The notes under the pieces are model-generated. The model was given only the letters and a program-made list of their open reading frames with translations. It ran no database searches and was not told the origin of the DNA. A program made the translations under genes and the position numbers. Shown here in pieces: positions 12,406 to 23,239 of a DNA stretch of 64,000 nt. The DNA is from Squalus acanthias (taxonomy: Eukaryota). The stretch lies in NCBI GenBank assembly GCA_030390025.1, contig CM059432.1:153452001-153516000 (forward strand). The letters run 5' to 3'. Position 1 is the first letter of the stretch; each line of letters opens with the position of its first letter.

Positions 12406-12584
12406 CACATAGCCCTACAAATTTTTCTTTTTCAAGTATATATCCAATTCCCTTTTGAAAGTTACTACTGAATCTGCCTCCACCACCCTTTCAGGCAGTG
12501 CATTCCAGATCGTAACCACTCACTGCATAAAAAAAATTCTCCTCATCTCCTCCTGGTTCTTTTGCTAATTATTTTAAATCTATG

Positions 12585-13475
12585 GGGGGAAAAATTCAGT
12601 TGGTTGCGCCTCCCGTTAGCGCCTTAAGAGGGCGCTAATGGGGCGCAAAGCATCTAGCGCCTGGGCGCGGCGAAGTTTGCGCCGCTCGCGAAATTAACTA
12701 GACATTTTGCGGCGGCGCTAAACACTACCGCCACGATCTCCTGCGCCGGCAGATCATGACGTCACTCGAGTGTGCAACACCCCGGTATCGCCCCGGAGCG
12801 GATATTGAGTGGCGCCCCTTGCCTTACCGCCTGACGCTAGCAACGACAGGTTGAGGGGAGCGTTCTGCAGTCATGAAGGGAAAGGGGGAGCGCTATTTAA
12901 AGGTGACCGCTTCCTGCCTTTTATTGTTGGTGCCATTTTTGAACTACGCATTCTGAGAGAGAGAGAGAGACTTCTGGAGAGATTCACCGTTGTGTGAAGG
13001 AGTTTTGGGTACTGAGCAGCACTTTGCAGGTTCATTTTGATTTTCCATTCCTTGTATTGATTTAGCAGAGACTGTGGGGGCTGCACTCTGAGCTCTTTGC
13101 CTGGTACTCTCAATTGTTCTTTCCAGCACATTTGATGTGCAAGTCTCTCCAGGCCGAGATTCAAGGCTGCAATGAGTAGGATGTGGATGGAAAGCAAGAT
13201 TAACCATCCCCTTTAAGAACTGGCCCGTGCCATTGTGTGTGTGTTCCATTGCTGACTGACATTACATGAGCTTCGCCAGCGCTCTGAGTTAACGCCTCAC
13301 TCCTCGGCCTTTGCGCCTTAAGACAGGTGTGCAGCGCCTGATTTAGCGCTCCACTCACCTCCCGGGGCGTTAAAAGTGAAGTTTCCAGTCAATGGCGATA
13401 ATTAGCGCCAGACGCTAATTTTTGCGCCCGGACGATATTTGCGCCCCAAACGGGGCGCGACTGAATTTTTCCCCC
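12585..13475. mobile_element. Harbinger MITE type II (~890 bp)
   Basis: TIR GGGGGAAAAATTCAG / CTGAATTTTTCCCCC; TSD ATG; homologous to 21326..22219 and, inverted, to 40818..41716. Confidence 0.92.
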
Positions 13476-13824
13476 ATGATCTCTGGTTACCGACCCTCCT
13501 GCCAGTGGAAAAAGTTTCTCCCTAACTACTCTATCAAAACCCACTCATAATTTTGAACACCTCTATTAAATCCCCCCTTAACCTTCTCTGCTCTAAGGAG
13601 AACAATCCCAGCTTCTCTAATCTCTCCACATAACTGAAATCCCTCGTCCTTGGTAACATTCTAGTAAATCTTCTCTGCAGCCTCTCCAAGGGCTTGCCAT
13701 CCTTCCTTTGGACACAATACTCCAGCTGAGGCCTAACCAGTGATTTATAAAGATTTAGCATATCTTCCTTGCTTTTGTACGCTATGGGCTGAATCTTAAC
13801 TCCCAAAAACGGGTGGGTTGGTGT

Positions 13825-13892
13825 ACCTTTCACGAACTCAGGACATACCAAAGCCCTTTACAGCCAATGAAGTACTTATGCAATGTAGGAAA
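13825..13892 (-). mobile_element. Deu-type SINE 3' tail fragment
   Basis: CCTTTCACGAACTCAGGACATACCAAAGCCCTTTACAGCCAATGAAGTACTT matches 5340-5390. Confidence 0.6.
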
Positions 13893-14149
13893 GAGCCGAC
13901 ATCAAAGATTGCAAATAAAATCATGTGTAGTCCCATATGTTGTAGCTTTTGCAGGTTGTTAGCTTCATAGAAACCTGACATTTCACTATCCTGCTGAGGT
14001 TACGGGGCAGCCAGTGTCTGTTCTAGAATGATTCTAGAGGCCAATCAGGCCTCCTAATCCAGAGTGGATCAGCAACACTGTTCTCACATCTCCACAATCT
14101 GGGTTTGAGCCCAGCCCAGACTGGTGGGATGGAAGTCTCTTCTCATGAA

Positions 14150-14778
14150 AGGATGGTTCAATAAAGACAGACTGTTTCCAGTTGTTGATGGGTTAAGAAT
14201 GAGGGGCCATAGATACAACATTGGACAGAGGACAAGAGAAACTTCTTCACACAGAGACTTGCGAGGATGTGGAATTTAATTCCAGGGTTAGTGGTTGAGG
14301 CAAAAACTCTGTCAATATTCAAGATTAGATTGGCTAGCTGGATGAAGGAAATATGTGAACATGTGATTAGAATGTGGACATTGTTGGTACATCCGGCATT
14401 TATTGATAATCCCTAGTTCCCCTTGAGAAGGTGGTGGTGGGCCTTCTTCTTGAAGAGTTTGATACAACTGTTAGGCCACTTCAGAGGGCAGTTAAGAGTC
14501 AACCACATTGCTGTGGGTCTGGAGTCACATACAGGCCAGACCGTATTAAGAATAGAAGGTTTCCTTCCCTAACGGACATTAGTGATCCACTATTTACTGG
14601 TACCAGCTTTTTAGTCCCAGATTTTTTTTTATTGAATTCAAATTCTCAAACTGCCCTGGTGAGATTTGAACTCACGTTCTTTGGATGACTAGCCTAGTAA
14701 CATGACCACCGTGCTACTGTAAACACCGGTTGGGCTGAATGGCCTGTTTCCGTTCTGTAACTTGTATGTAATTCTATG
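14150..14778 (+). mobile_element. Old CR1 3' fragment interrupted by a SINE
   Basis: CTGTTTCCAGTTG..AGAATGAGGGGCCATAG..CTTCTTCACACAGAGA..TGTGGAAT; resumes ~14722 with GGGCTGAATGGCCTGTTTCCGTTCTGTAA..TTCTATG. Confidence 0.7.
14393..14720 (-). mobile_element. tRNA-derived SINE sharing its 3' end with the second LINE family
   Basis: Reverse complement GTAGCACGGTGGTCATGTTACTAG..GAGTTCAAATC (B box); tail TTCAAGAAG..CACCACCACCTTCTCAAGGG..TAGGGAT..AATAAATGC matches 18699-18760. Confidence 0.8.
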
Positions 14779-15187
14779 CTGCTTCTAAGTGTTCTACATG
14801 AAGAGGGTTTGGTCAGTCGTAACTCAGTTTCTCATGTTTATGCTTCTACAGCACAAAATGGCCCACAATTTTACATTCATTAGCAAATTAATTCACAGAG
14901 GTCATAACGTGGGAAACAGAAACATTTACACCGGTGCAGTAGGGATTGCTCTTCTGAGGTTTTGGGGGTGAATTTCCTCAGAGCCGCTCCCATACCGCCA
15001 CCATAACTTAGGCGGAAGTGCGACACGAACCCTGTCTGGCGAAGTTACAGCGGCAGAGTGAGAGCAGCTCCAAGGAAATTCCTGCTATTGTTGGGACAGG
15101 ATACAAGGAGCTTTGTGCTGGCCTTAGGTCTATGCAGTTTCGAGGGGCCCTGCACTAGCTGTTTGAGTGTGAGGCTAGTGTTTGAGG

Positions 15188-15282
15188 TAACAACAGAAAA
15201 CGCTGGAAACACTCAGCAGGCCAGGCAGCATCCGTGGAGAGAGAAACAGAGTTAACGTTTCAGGTCTGGGACCCTTCATCAG
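15188..15282 (-). mobile_element. Second PLE-family terminal repeat with hammerhead core
   Basis: Minus strand CUGAUGA-A-GGGUC(CCA)GACCU-GAAA-CGUU-AAC, then CTCTCTCCACGGATGCTGCC..CTGCTGAGTGTTTCCAGCGTTTTCTG; related remnant at 24655-24772. Confidence 0.75.
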
Positions 15283-15430
15283 TGTTTGCAGTACTGGGTT
15301 GTGAAAAGGTGGAAGCAGGCAAGTGGAAACTCTCCTTTTTTAAAAAAAAAAGGCAGTATAATGTGACGTGCAATGAAGTCTTGATGCGACAAATGGTATA
15401 AAGGGAGATAACATGAATCAGGGAGGAGCA

Positions 15431-15618
15431 AAAATGAGAAGTCGCACAACACCAGGTTATAGTCCAACAGATTTATTTATAATGACAAGCTTTCGGAGCT
15501 GTCGCCCCTTCGTCAGGCAAAGTTACTGTAATTTTAAATAAATCTGTTGGACTATAACCTGGTGTTGTGCGACTTCTCATTTTTGTCCACCCCAGTCCAA
15601 CACCGGCATCTCCGCATC
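15431..15618. mobile_element. PLE short insertion: inverted terminal repeat (with hammerhead) plus direct repeat with 3' extension
   Basis: 15431-15522 is the reverse complement of the repeat; 15528-15618 is the direct copy plus the tail GTCCACCCCAGTCCAACACCGGCATCTCCGCATC; flanked by duplicated ATCAGGGAGGAGCA (15417-15430 and 15616-15629). Confidence 0.88.
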
Positions 15619-16253
15619 AGGGAGGAGCAGACAGAGAATAAAGGGAGATTAGTGAGTCTGGAACATATGAGAAATGAGTGGGAGAGGATTTTCTAAGCGG
15701 GGAATGTGTGAGGTGTCTGGCATGGAGGGTAATAATGACAAGAGGAACAGAGTAAGGTAAGAGTAGAGAATGAGTAACAGACAAACCAGGATGAGGAAAA
15801 TCTCAATTTAAAGAAAGGAAGTTGGAGGGGCACAGAAAAAAACAGGATTATGGTGAGATCAATGACCATACTGTCCAATGCTCCCTAACAGGCAGCGGAT
15901 GGAATAGATTGTAACCAAAAGAAGATTTTTTTTTTAAATTCCCCATTGAAGATCAGAGACTGGAACAACTCTATCGTCAATAAAGGCTGTGTTTGAATTG
16001 CCCTTAGATTTGTTAAAATGAACTGGTTGAAAATGCTTTTCACCTGTTAGTGGATTCTCTGCTGCCATCAGAGAGACATTTTAAAATTTAAGGAAAACTA
16101 ATTCCCAAATGGTTCAGAATTTTCAATAAAATTGGGAAAGTTTCACGGCTCTTTATATAAAAAGAATTCAATGCTTGTGTTTTTTATTACTGTAATAATG
16201 TCTTAATCACCTACAGCAATACATTCTCAAGTGGTATAAATTCTTCAATACTA

Positions 16254-16543
16254 GCGGGAACGGTAGCACAGTGGTAATGTCACTGGACCAGTAATCCAGA
16301 GGCCTGGACTAATGATCCGGAGACGTGAGTTCAAATCCCACCACGGCAGCTGGGGAATTTAAATTCAGTTAATTAAGTAAATCTGGAATAAAAAGCTAGT
16401 GTCAGTAAAAGTGACCATGAGACTATCAGATTGTCGTAAAAACCCATCTGGTTCACTAATGTACTTTAGGAAAGGAAATCTGCCGTCATTACCTGGTTTG
16501 GCCTACATGTGACAGCAATGTGGTTGACTCTGAAATGGCCTAG
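16254..16543 (+). mobile_element. tRNA-derived SINE head and body (same family as 14393..14720), own tail absent
   Basis: GGTAGCACAGTGGTAATGTCACTGGAC (A box), GAGTTCAAATCCC (B box), body to GGTTGACTCTGAAATGGCCTAG. Confidence 0.8.
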
Positions 16544-18801
16544 TTGGCCAAGCTCTGAAGGACATAACTGCCAGTCTGGGCCTGTGACAGGTGGTGAGAG
16601 AACCAACACGAGGGAAAAACCTACTTGACCTCGTCCTCACCAATCTACCTGTCGCAGATGCATCTGTCCATGACAGTATTGGTAGCAGTGACCACTGCAC
16701 AGTCATTGTGGAGACGAAGTCCTGTCTTCACACTGAGGACACCCTCCATCGTGTTGTGTGGCACTACCACCGTGCTAAATGCGATAGATTCAGAACAGAT
16801 CTAGCAGCTCAAAACTGGGCATCCATGAGGTGCTGTGGGCCATCAGCAGCAGCAGAATTGTATTCCACCACAATCTGTAACCTCATGGTCCGGCATATCC
16901 CTCACTCTACCATTACCATCAAAGCCAGGGGACCAACCCTGGTTCAATAAGGAGTATATAATGCTATAGACAGGGCTAAGCGATCCCACAATCAACGGAT
17001 CAGATCAATCCTCTGCAGTCCTGCCACATCCAGTCGTGAATGGTGGTGGACCATTAAACAACGAACGGAAGGAGGAGGCTCCATGAATATCCTCAATGAT
17101 GGTGGAGCCCAGCACGTGAGACAAGGCTGAAGCATTTACAACCATCTTCAGCCAGAAGTGCCAAGTGGATGATCCATATCGGCCTACTCCCGAGGTCCCC
17201 ACCATCACAGAAGCCAGTCTTCAGCCAATTCGATTCACTCCACGTGATATCAAGAAACGGTTGAGCTCACTGGATACAGCAAAGTCTTTGGGCCCCGACA
17301 ACATCCTGGCTGTTGTGCTGAAGACCTAGCTCCAGAACTAGCCGCGCCTCTAGCCAAGCTGTTCCAGTACAATTACAACATTGGCATCTATCCGACAATG
17401 TGGAAAACTGCCCAGGTATGTCCTGTCCACAAAAAGCAGGACAAATCCAACCCGGCCAATTACCGTCCCATCAGTCTACTCTCAATCATCAGCAAACTGA
17501 TGGAAGGTGTCATCGACAGTGCTATCAAGCGGCACCTGCTCACTGATGCCCAGTTTGGGTTCCGGCAAGACCACTCGGCTCCCGACCTCATTACAGCCTT
17601 GGTCCAAACATGGACAAAGGAGCTGAATTCCAGAGGTTAGGTGAGAGTGACTGCACTTGACATCAAGGCAGCATTAGACTGAGTGTGGCATCAAGGAGCC
17701 CTAGTAAAATTGAAGTCAATGGGAATCAGGGGAAAGACTCTCCACTTGCTGGAGTCATACCTAGCACAAAGGAAGATGGTTGTGGTTGTTGGAGGACAAT
17801 CATCTCAGCCCCAGGACATCGCTGCAGGAGTTCCTCAGGCCAGTGTCCTAGGCCCAACCAGCTTCATCAATGACCTTCCCTCCAACATAAGGTCAGAAAT
17901 GGGGATGTTTGCTGATGATTGCACAGTGTTCAGTGCCATTCACAACTCCTCAGATAATGAAGCAGTCCATGCCCGCATGCAACAAGACCTGGACGACATT
18001 CAGGCTTGAGCTGATAAGTGGCAGATAACATTCGTGCCAGGCAATGACTATCTCCAACAAGCGAGAGTCTAACCACCGTCCCTTGACATTCAACGGCATT
18101 ACCATCGCCGAATCCCCCACCATCAACATCCTGGGGGTCACCATTGACCAGAAACTTAACTGGACCAGCCACATAAATATTATGGCAACAAGAGCAGGTC
18201 AGAGGCTAGGTATTCTGCGGCTAGTGTCTTACCTCCTGACTCCCCAAAGCCTTGCCACCATCTACAAGGCACAAGTAAGGAGTGGGATGGAATACTCTCC
18301 ACGTGCCTGGATGAGTGCAGCTCCAACAACATTAAAGAAGCTCGACACCATCCAGGACAAAGCAGCCCGCTTGATTGTCACCCCATCCACCACCTTGAAC
18401 ATTCACTCCCTCCACCACCAGCGTACCGTGGCTGCAGTGTGTACCATCTACAAGATGCACTGCAGCAACTCGCCAAGGCTTCTTCGGCAGCACCTCCCAA
18501 ACCCGTGACCTCTTCCACCTCGAAGGACAAGGGCAGCAGGCGCATGGGAACACCACCACCTCCAAGTTCCCCTCCAAGTCACACACCAACCTGACTTGGA
18601 AGTATATCGCCGATCCTTCATCGTCGCTGGGTCAAAATCGTGGAACTCCCTCCCTAACAGCACTGTGGGAGTACCTTCACCGCACGGACTGCAGCGGTTC
18701 AAGAAGGCGGCTCACCACCACCTTCTCAAGGGCAATTAGGGATGGGCAATAAATGCTGGCCTTGCCAGTGACGCCCACATCCCATAAACGAATAAAAAAA
18801 A
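16544..18801 (+). mobile_element. 5'-truncated LINE of a second CR1/L2-group family (EN C-terminus + RT + 3' UTR), pseudogenised
   Basis: EPTRGKNLLDLVLTN..SDH (APE endonuclease end), PVHKKQDKSNPANYRPISLLS, QFGFR, GVPQASVLGP, MFADDC, YKAQVRSGMEY; several stops; ends AATAAAAAAAA. Confidence 0.92.
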
Positions 18802-19299
18802 CCCTCAGGTTTCAGATCTGAATAACATAGGAAATTTTGGCAATTACACAGAAAAATACCATAAACTGTCAATCAATACACCTTCTGCACAGGATCTCAC
18901 AAAGGTCAAGGTCAGCATTGTCCATACTATACCTGAACTGTAAGTGCCCAAGGCTGGCATTGGGAAATGTTTCAATTGCCAGCACTGACATCCTTCACCC
19001 TGTTGTGCGCACATAAATTCTCCAAAATGTAAATTCAAATACTCGGTAGGGACCAAAAAAAACATGCCTGATCAGTCCTTAAACAGATCCGTGAACCACT
19101 GCCCTGTAAATATAATTAATGGAGCGACCAATAGAAAAATAAAGATTAATTGATTGACATTAAGCTTGGGGCATATCTTCCATTAACCGAATGCTAAAGG
19201 TTTTCTTTCATGATCTAATGTATGATATGTGGAATTTCTAAGTCTAGGCATGATAAGCTAGATAGGAATAAGAACATAAGACAATAAAAAAATAAGTGA

Positions 19300-19410
19300 T
19301 AGTAGATTGGCGGTTAGGATCAGATCAGCCATGATCTTATTGAATGGCAGAGCAGGCTCGAGGGGCCAATTGGCCTACTCCTGCTCCTATTTCTTATGTT
19401 CTTATGTTCT
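19300..19410 (+). mobile_element. CR1 3' tail
   Basis: GATCAGCCATGATCTTATTGAATGGCAGAGCAGGCTCGAGGGGCC..CTCCTGCTCCTAT(TTCTTATG)n; tail-to-tail with the next element. Confidence 0.85.
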
Positions 19411-20576
19411 TAAGAGCAGGAGTCGGCCATACGGCCCCTCGACCTGCTCCGCCATTCAATAAGATCATGGCTGATCATCGACCTCAACTCCACTTTCCCG
19501 CCCAATCTCCAAAACCCTTGATTCCCCTAGAGTCTAAGGGCTAAAAATTCAGTATTGCTCCATTTGGGGCGCTAACCTCGCCGGGGCGCGACTTTTAGCG
19601 CCCCGAAAAAATTAGCGGCCCCGCGCCGGAACTTCAGTGGTTGCGCCCCAAGAGGGAAGCGGGGCGCAACTGGAAGCACCCCGCATCCCTCTTGGGGCGC
19701 TGCGAGTGAATATCCTGGCGCTACGTGCCGCAGCGCCACGCGCTGCGGCACGTCGCGCCGCGGTATTGCAGGCCTTCCTCCCCTTCTTAAAGGGGAGGGG
19801 CCTTGCGCAGCGCGAACCGGGGCCCAGCTGGGCTCCCAGGGATCGGGAGTGCCGGCAAAAGAGCCCGGCACTCAAGAGAAGTGCCGGGCTCTTGGAGCGC
19901 AGCCGGCACTTCACGGTGGGGGGGCTTCACGGGGGCCGGGGACAGCAACGGGGGCAGGTGCTGGCAGGCGGCCAGCAACAAAAATGGCCGCCTGCCACCT
20001 CCCCTTTAAATATCGCCGCCCCGGCCGCACGTACGCCCCCCTGAACCCGTCGGACATAGCGTCTGGCGGTAAATCAGGGGGCGCGACTGAAGATCACGGC
20101 CGGGGCGCGAGCGGGGCGCTGCGCACGGCGATGACGTCATCGCCGGCGGCGCAGCGCCACAGGGCGCTACCGGCTGCCGCCGCCGCTAACCTCCCACTAA
20201 ATTTTTCGGGAGGCGTGGGCGGCGCTGCGCCCGGGCGTTAGCTGCTTTACGCCCCATTAGCGCCCATTTAAGGCGCTAACGGGAGGCGCAAGCAGCTGAA
20301 TTTTTCCCCCTAAAAATCCATCTATCTCAGCCTTGAATATACTCAAAGACTCAACATTCACAGCCCTCTGGGGCAGAGAATTCCAAAGATTCACAATCCT
20401 CTGAGTGAAGAAATTCCTCCTCATCTCAGTCTTAAATGGCCGACCCCTTATCCTAAGACTATGCCCCCTAGTTCTAGACACTCCAGCCAGGGGAAACAAC
20501 CTCTCAGCATCTGCCCTGTTAATCACCTTCAGAATCCTGAATGTTTCAATGAGATCACCTCTCATTCTTCTAAATG
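19411..20576 (-). mobile_element. CR1 3' fragment interrupted by a Harbinger MITE
   Basis: ORF 20257..20565(-) [39 protein letters not shown]; 3' UTR at 19411-19537. Confidence 0.92.
19538..20310. mobile_element. Harbinger MITE type I
   Basis: TIR GGGCTAAAAATTCAG / CTGAATTTTTCCCCC; TSD TAA; internal sequence nearly identical to 9588..10320. Confidence 0.92.
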
Positions 20577-21325
20577 CAGGGAAGGGATGTAATACAAAGA
20601 GAGCTACAGAGACTTAGCAAGTTGGTAGATAACATTTAATATTATTTAACGGAAAGCAATTCTTAATGCTGCTAAATATAGTGTGATTACTCAGTGAAGG
20701 GCTTATGATTAACCCAGGTGAATCAAAAAAATAATACTTGGGTGTGATCACAGATCCAACAGGGATTAACATGATGTATGACAGAGGTTGTTAAGGCAAA
20801 CAGAATGTTAATATATATAAATTGATCCAAAACATACAAATCAAATGAGGTGATATTGCCACTCTGGTTCCAGTCACTAAATATGGTGCAAAGCATAAAG
20901 GTCATGGAACTGATTAAAAGGGAATCAGATTTTAAATCGCTGAGCTATAAAGAAGGTTGAGGAAGTTCAATATATTCTCCCTGGAATAAAATAATTAACT
21001 AAGGACATGATAAAATCATAAAGGGAATTGACAACCTGGATGTAAAGGGACTGTGGGAAATAATTATAAATTAAGGAAGCTATGAGCTCTGAAACTATGA
21101 GATTCCACTCCCAGCTCAGAGCGGTGTTCAATCAGAACGCAGATCAGTGAATCAGGCTTGGATGTCAGCACATCTGAATTGCAGTGCTCCCAATTTATAA
21201 TGGCCAAGAAATGGGGAGCATCACAAATCCATTGTGCTGACTTCCACTATCAATTCTATGATTTGTGCTCCAGTTTAACAAGAAGAGTCTTACAATTGGG
21301 ATTATAAATTAAACTTAAAGAGTAA

Positions 21326-22219
21326 GGGGTAAAAATTCAGTTGGTTGCGCCTCCCGTTAGCGCCTTAAGAGGGCGCTAATGGGGCGCAAAGCCGCTAACG
21401 CCCGGGCGCAGCGATGTTTGCGCCGCTCGGGAACTTAACTTGACATTGTGCGGCGGCGCTAAAACTTACCGCTGCGACCACCTGCGCACGCAGATTGTGA
21501 CGTCATTCCATGGTGCAACGCCCTTGTGGCGCCCCGGAGCGGAAATTGAGTGGCGCCCCCTGCCTTACTGCCTGGCGCATCCAACGACCAGAAGACTGGA
21601 ACGCTATCAATCGCTGTGGGGCTGGGGGGGGGCGCTATTTAAAGGGGGCCTCTTCCTGTCTTTTATTGTTGGTGGCATTTTTGAACTACGCATTCTGAGA
21701 GCGAGAGGGAGAGACTTCTGGAGAGATTCAACGTTGTGTGAAGGAGTTTTGGGTACTGAGCAGCACTTTGCAGGTTCATTTTGATTTGCCATTCCTTGTA
21801 TCGATTTAGCAGAGACTGTGGGAGCTGCACTCTGAGCTCTTTGCCTGGTACTCTCCATTGTTCTTTCCAGCACATTTGATGTGCAAGTCTCTCCAGGCCG
21901 AGATTCAAGGCTGCAATGAACAGGATGTGGATGGAAAGCAAGATTAACCATCCCCTTTAAGAACTGGCCCGTGCCATTGTGTGTGTGTTCCATTGCTGAC
22001 TGACATTACATGAGCTTCGCCAGCGCTCTGAGGTAGCGCCTCACTCCTTGGCCTTTGCGCCTTAAGACAGGTGTGCAGCGCCTGCTTTAGCGCTCCACTC
22101 ACCTCCCGGGGCGGTAAAAGTGAAGTTTCCAGTCAGTGCCGATAATTAGCGCCAGGCGCTAATATTTGCGTCCAGACGATATTTGCGCCCCAAATGGGGC
22201 GCGACCTAATTTCTACCCC
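21326..22219. mobile_element. Harbinger MITE type II
   Basis: TIR GGGGTAAAAATT / AATTTCTACCCC; TSD TAA. Confidence 0.92.
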
Positions 22220-22419
22220 TAAGTTCTTGATACACAAAGTTGTATAAAGGGCTCTTCCCATCTGCGTACATCACAAAATGATGCAAAACCTGTCCTCCTG
22301 CCTCCAATAACATAGGTTATGAGGAAATCAGAGAAAGCCTCACAAAGAAACCTTGGAACTTGAACTTAGGACCTATCCTGGTTGTCGATCAGGAGGTAGC
22401 CAAACTGTCAAGTGTCAGT

Positions 22420-22563
22420 ACATTTATCAAGACATCAAGGGGTATGGGGAGAGAGCGGGAATATGGTATTGAGATAGAGGATCAGCCATGATCATATTGA
22501 ATGGCGGAGCAGGCTCGAAGGGCCGAATGGCCGACTCCTGCTCCTATTTTTCTATGTTTCTAT
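22420..22563 (+). mobile_element. CR1 3' tail
   Basis: ATCAAGGGGTATGGGGAGAGAGCGGGA..GATCAGCCATGATC..GGCTCGAAGGGCCGAATGG..TTCTATGTTTCTAT. Confidence 0.85.
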
Positions 22564-23239
22564 TTACTTTTCCAAGCTTGTGTGTCCTGGATTGGTATCT
22601 GGCCTTGTCCCAAATGCCCTTTCTGGGTTGTTTTATGGGGCCACGTCCATGTGTGTCCGTAACCCATGTCTTTGGAGTGGCCTCACCATGTGAGAAGAGA
22701 TGTGAACTAAGGATTCCACAAGGGCAAGATCAATGATGGAAATGAACTCCTTCAAAGCTGGAGCTTTGTACATCATAAAAGGCGCAGTATTCTATACTGA
22801 GGTACCTCCCTTCACATGCTATTGTTCTTTCACTTATAGTAAAACCTATCAACTAATGCAGTGTAAGCTAACTCAGCTGAAGCATTCAAAGGGGAAAATG
22901 AACATGTTCCTATTTCAACTGGTGGGAGATGGATATGGCCATGGAACCATAGCATGAAGGAAAGACATCCCGAGGAGCATCCTAAAAGACAAACTAAAAT
23001 TGATAACCTTTCTCAATCTCACCTCCTTATGTTTTTAATTGCACCTGCAGCAAGACATACGAACAGGACATCATGAAAGTGTAGGAAGCAGGTGTTTGCC
23101 CCTGCTGGTCTTTATTTGGTCCACTTACACTGCCCCCACCCCATGCAATGCAAAATCACAAACCCCAGGTTGGGATGGTCTCTGTCCCCTAAGGCCTCTA
23201 GATCCTGAGTACGGTCTAGTCGAGATGGTAGGAGACTAA

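Larger units (their letters stand above)
12166..13785 (-). mobile_element. CR1 LINE 3' fragment carrying two nested MITEs
   Basis: ORF 13534..13851(-) has LYKSLVRPQLEYCVQ and LGLFSLEQRRLRGDLIEVFKIM; 3' UTR ends ~12166. Confidence 0.88.
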
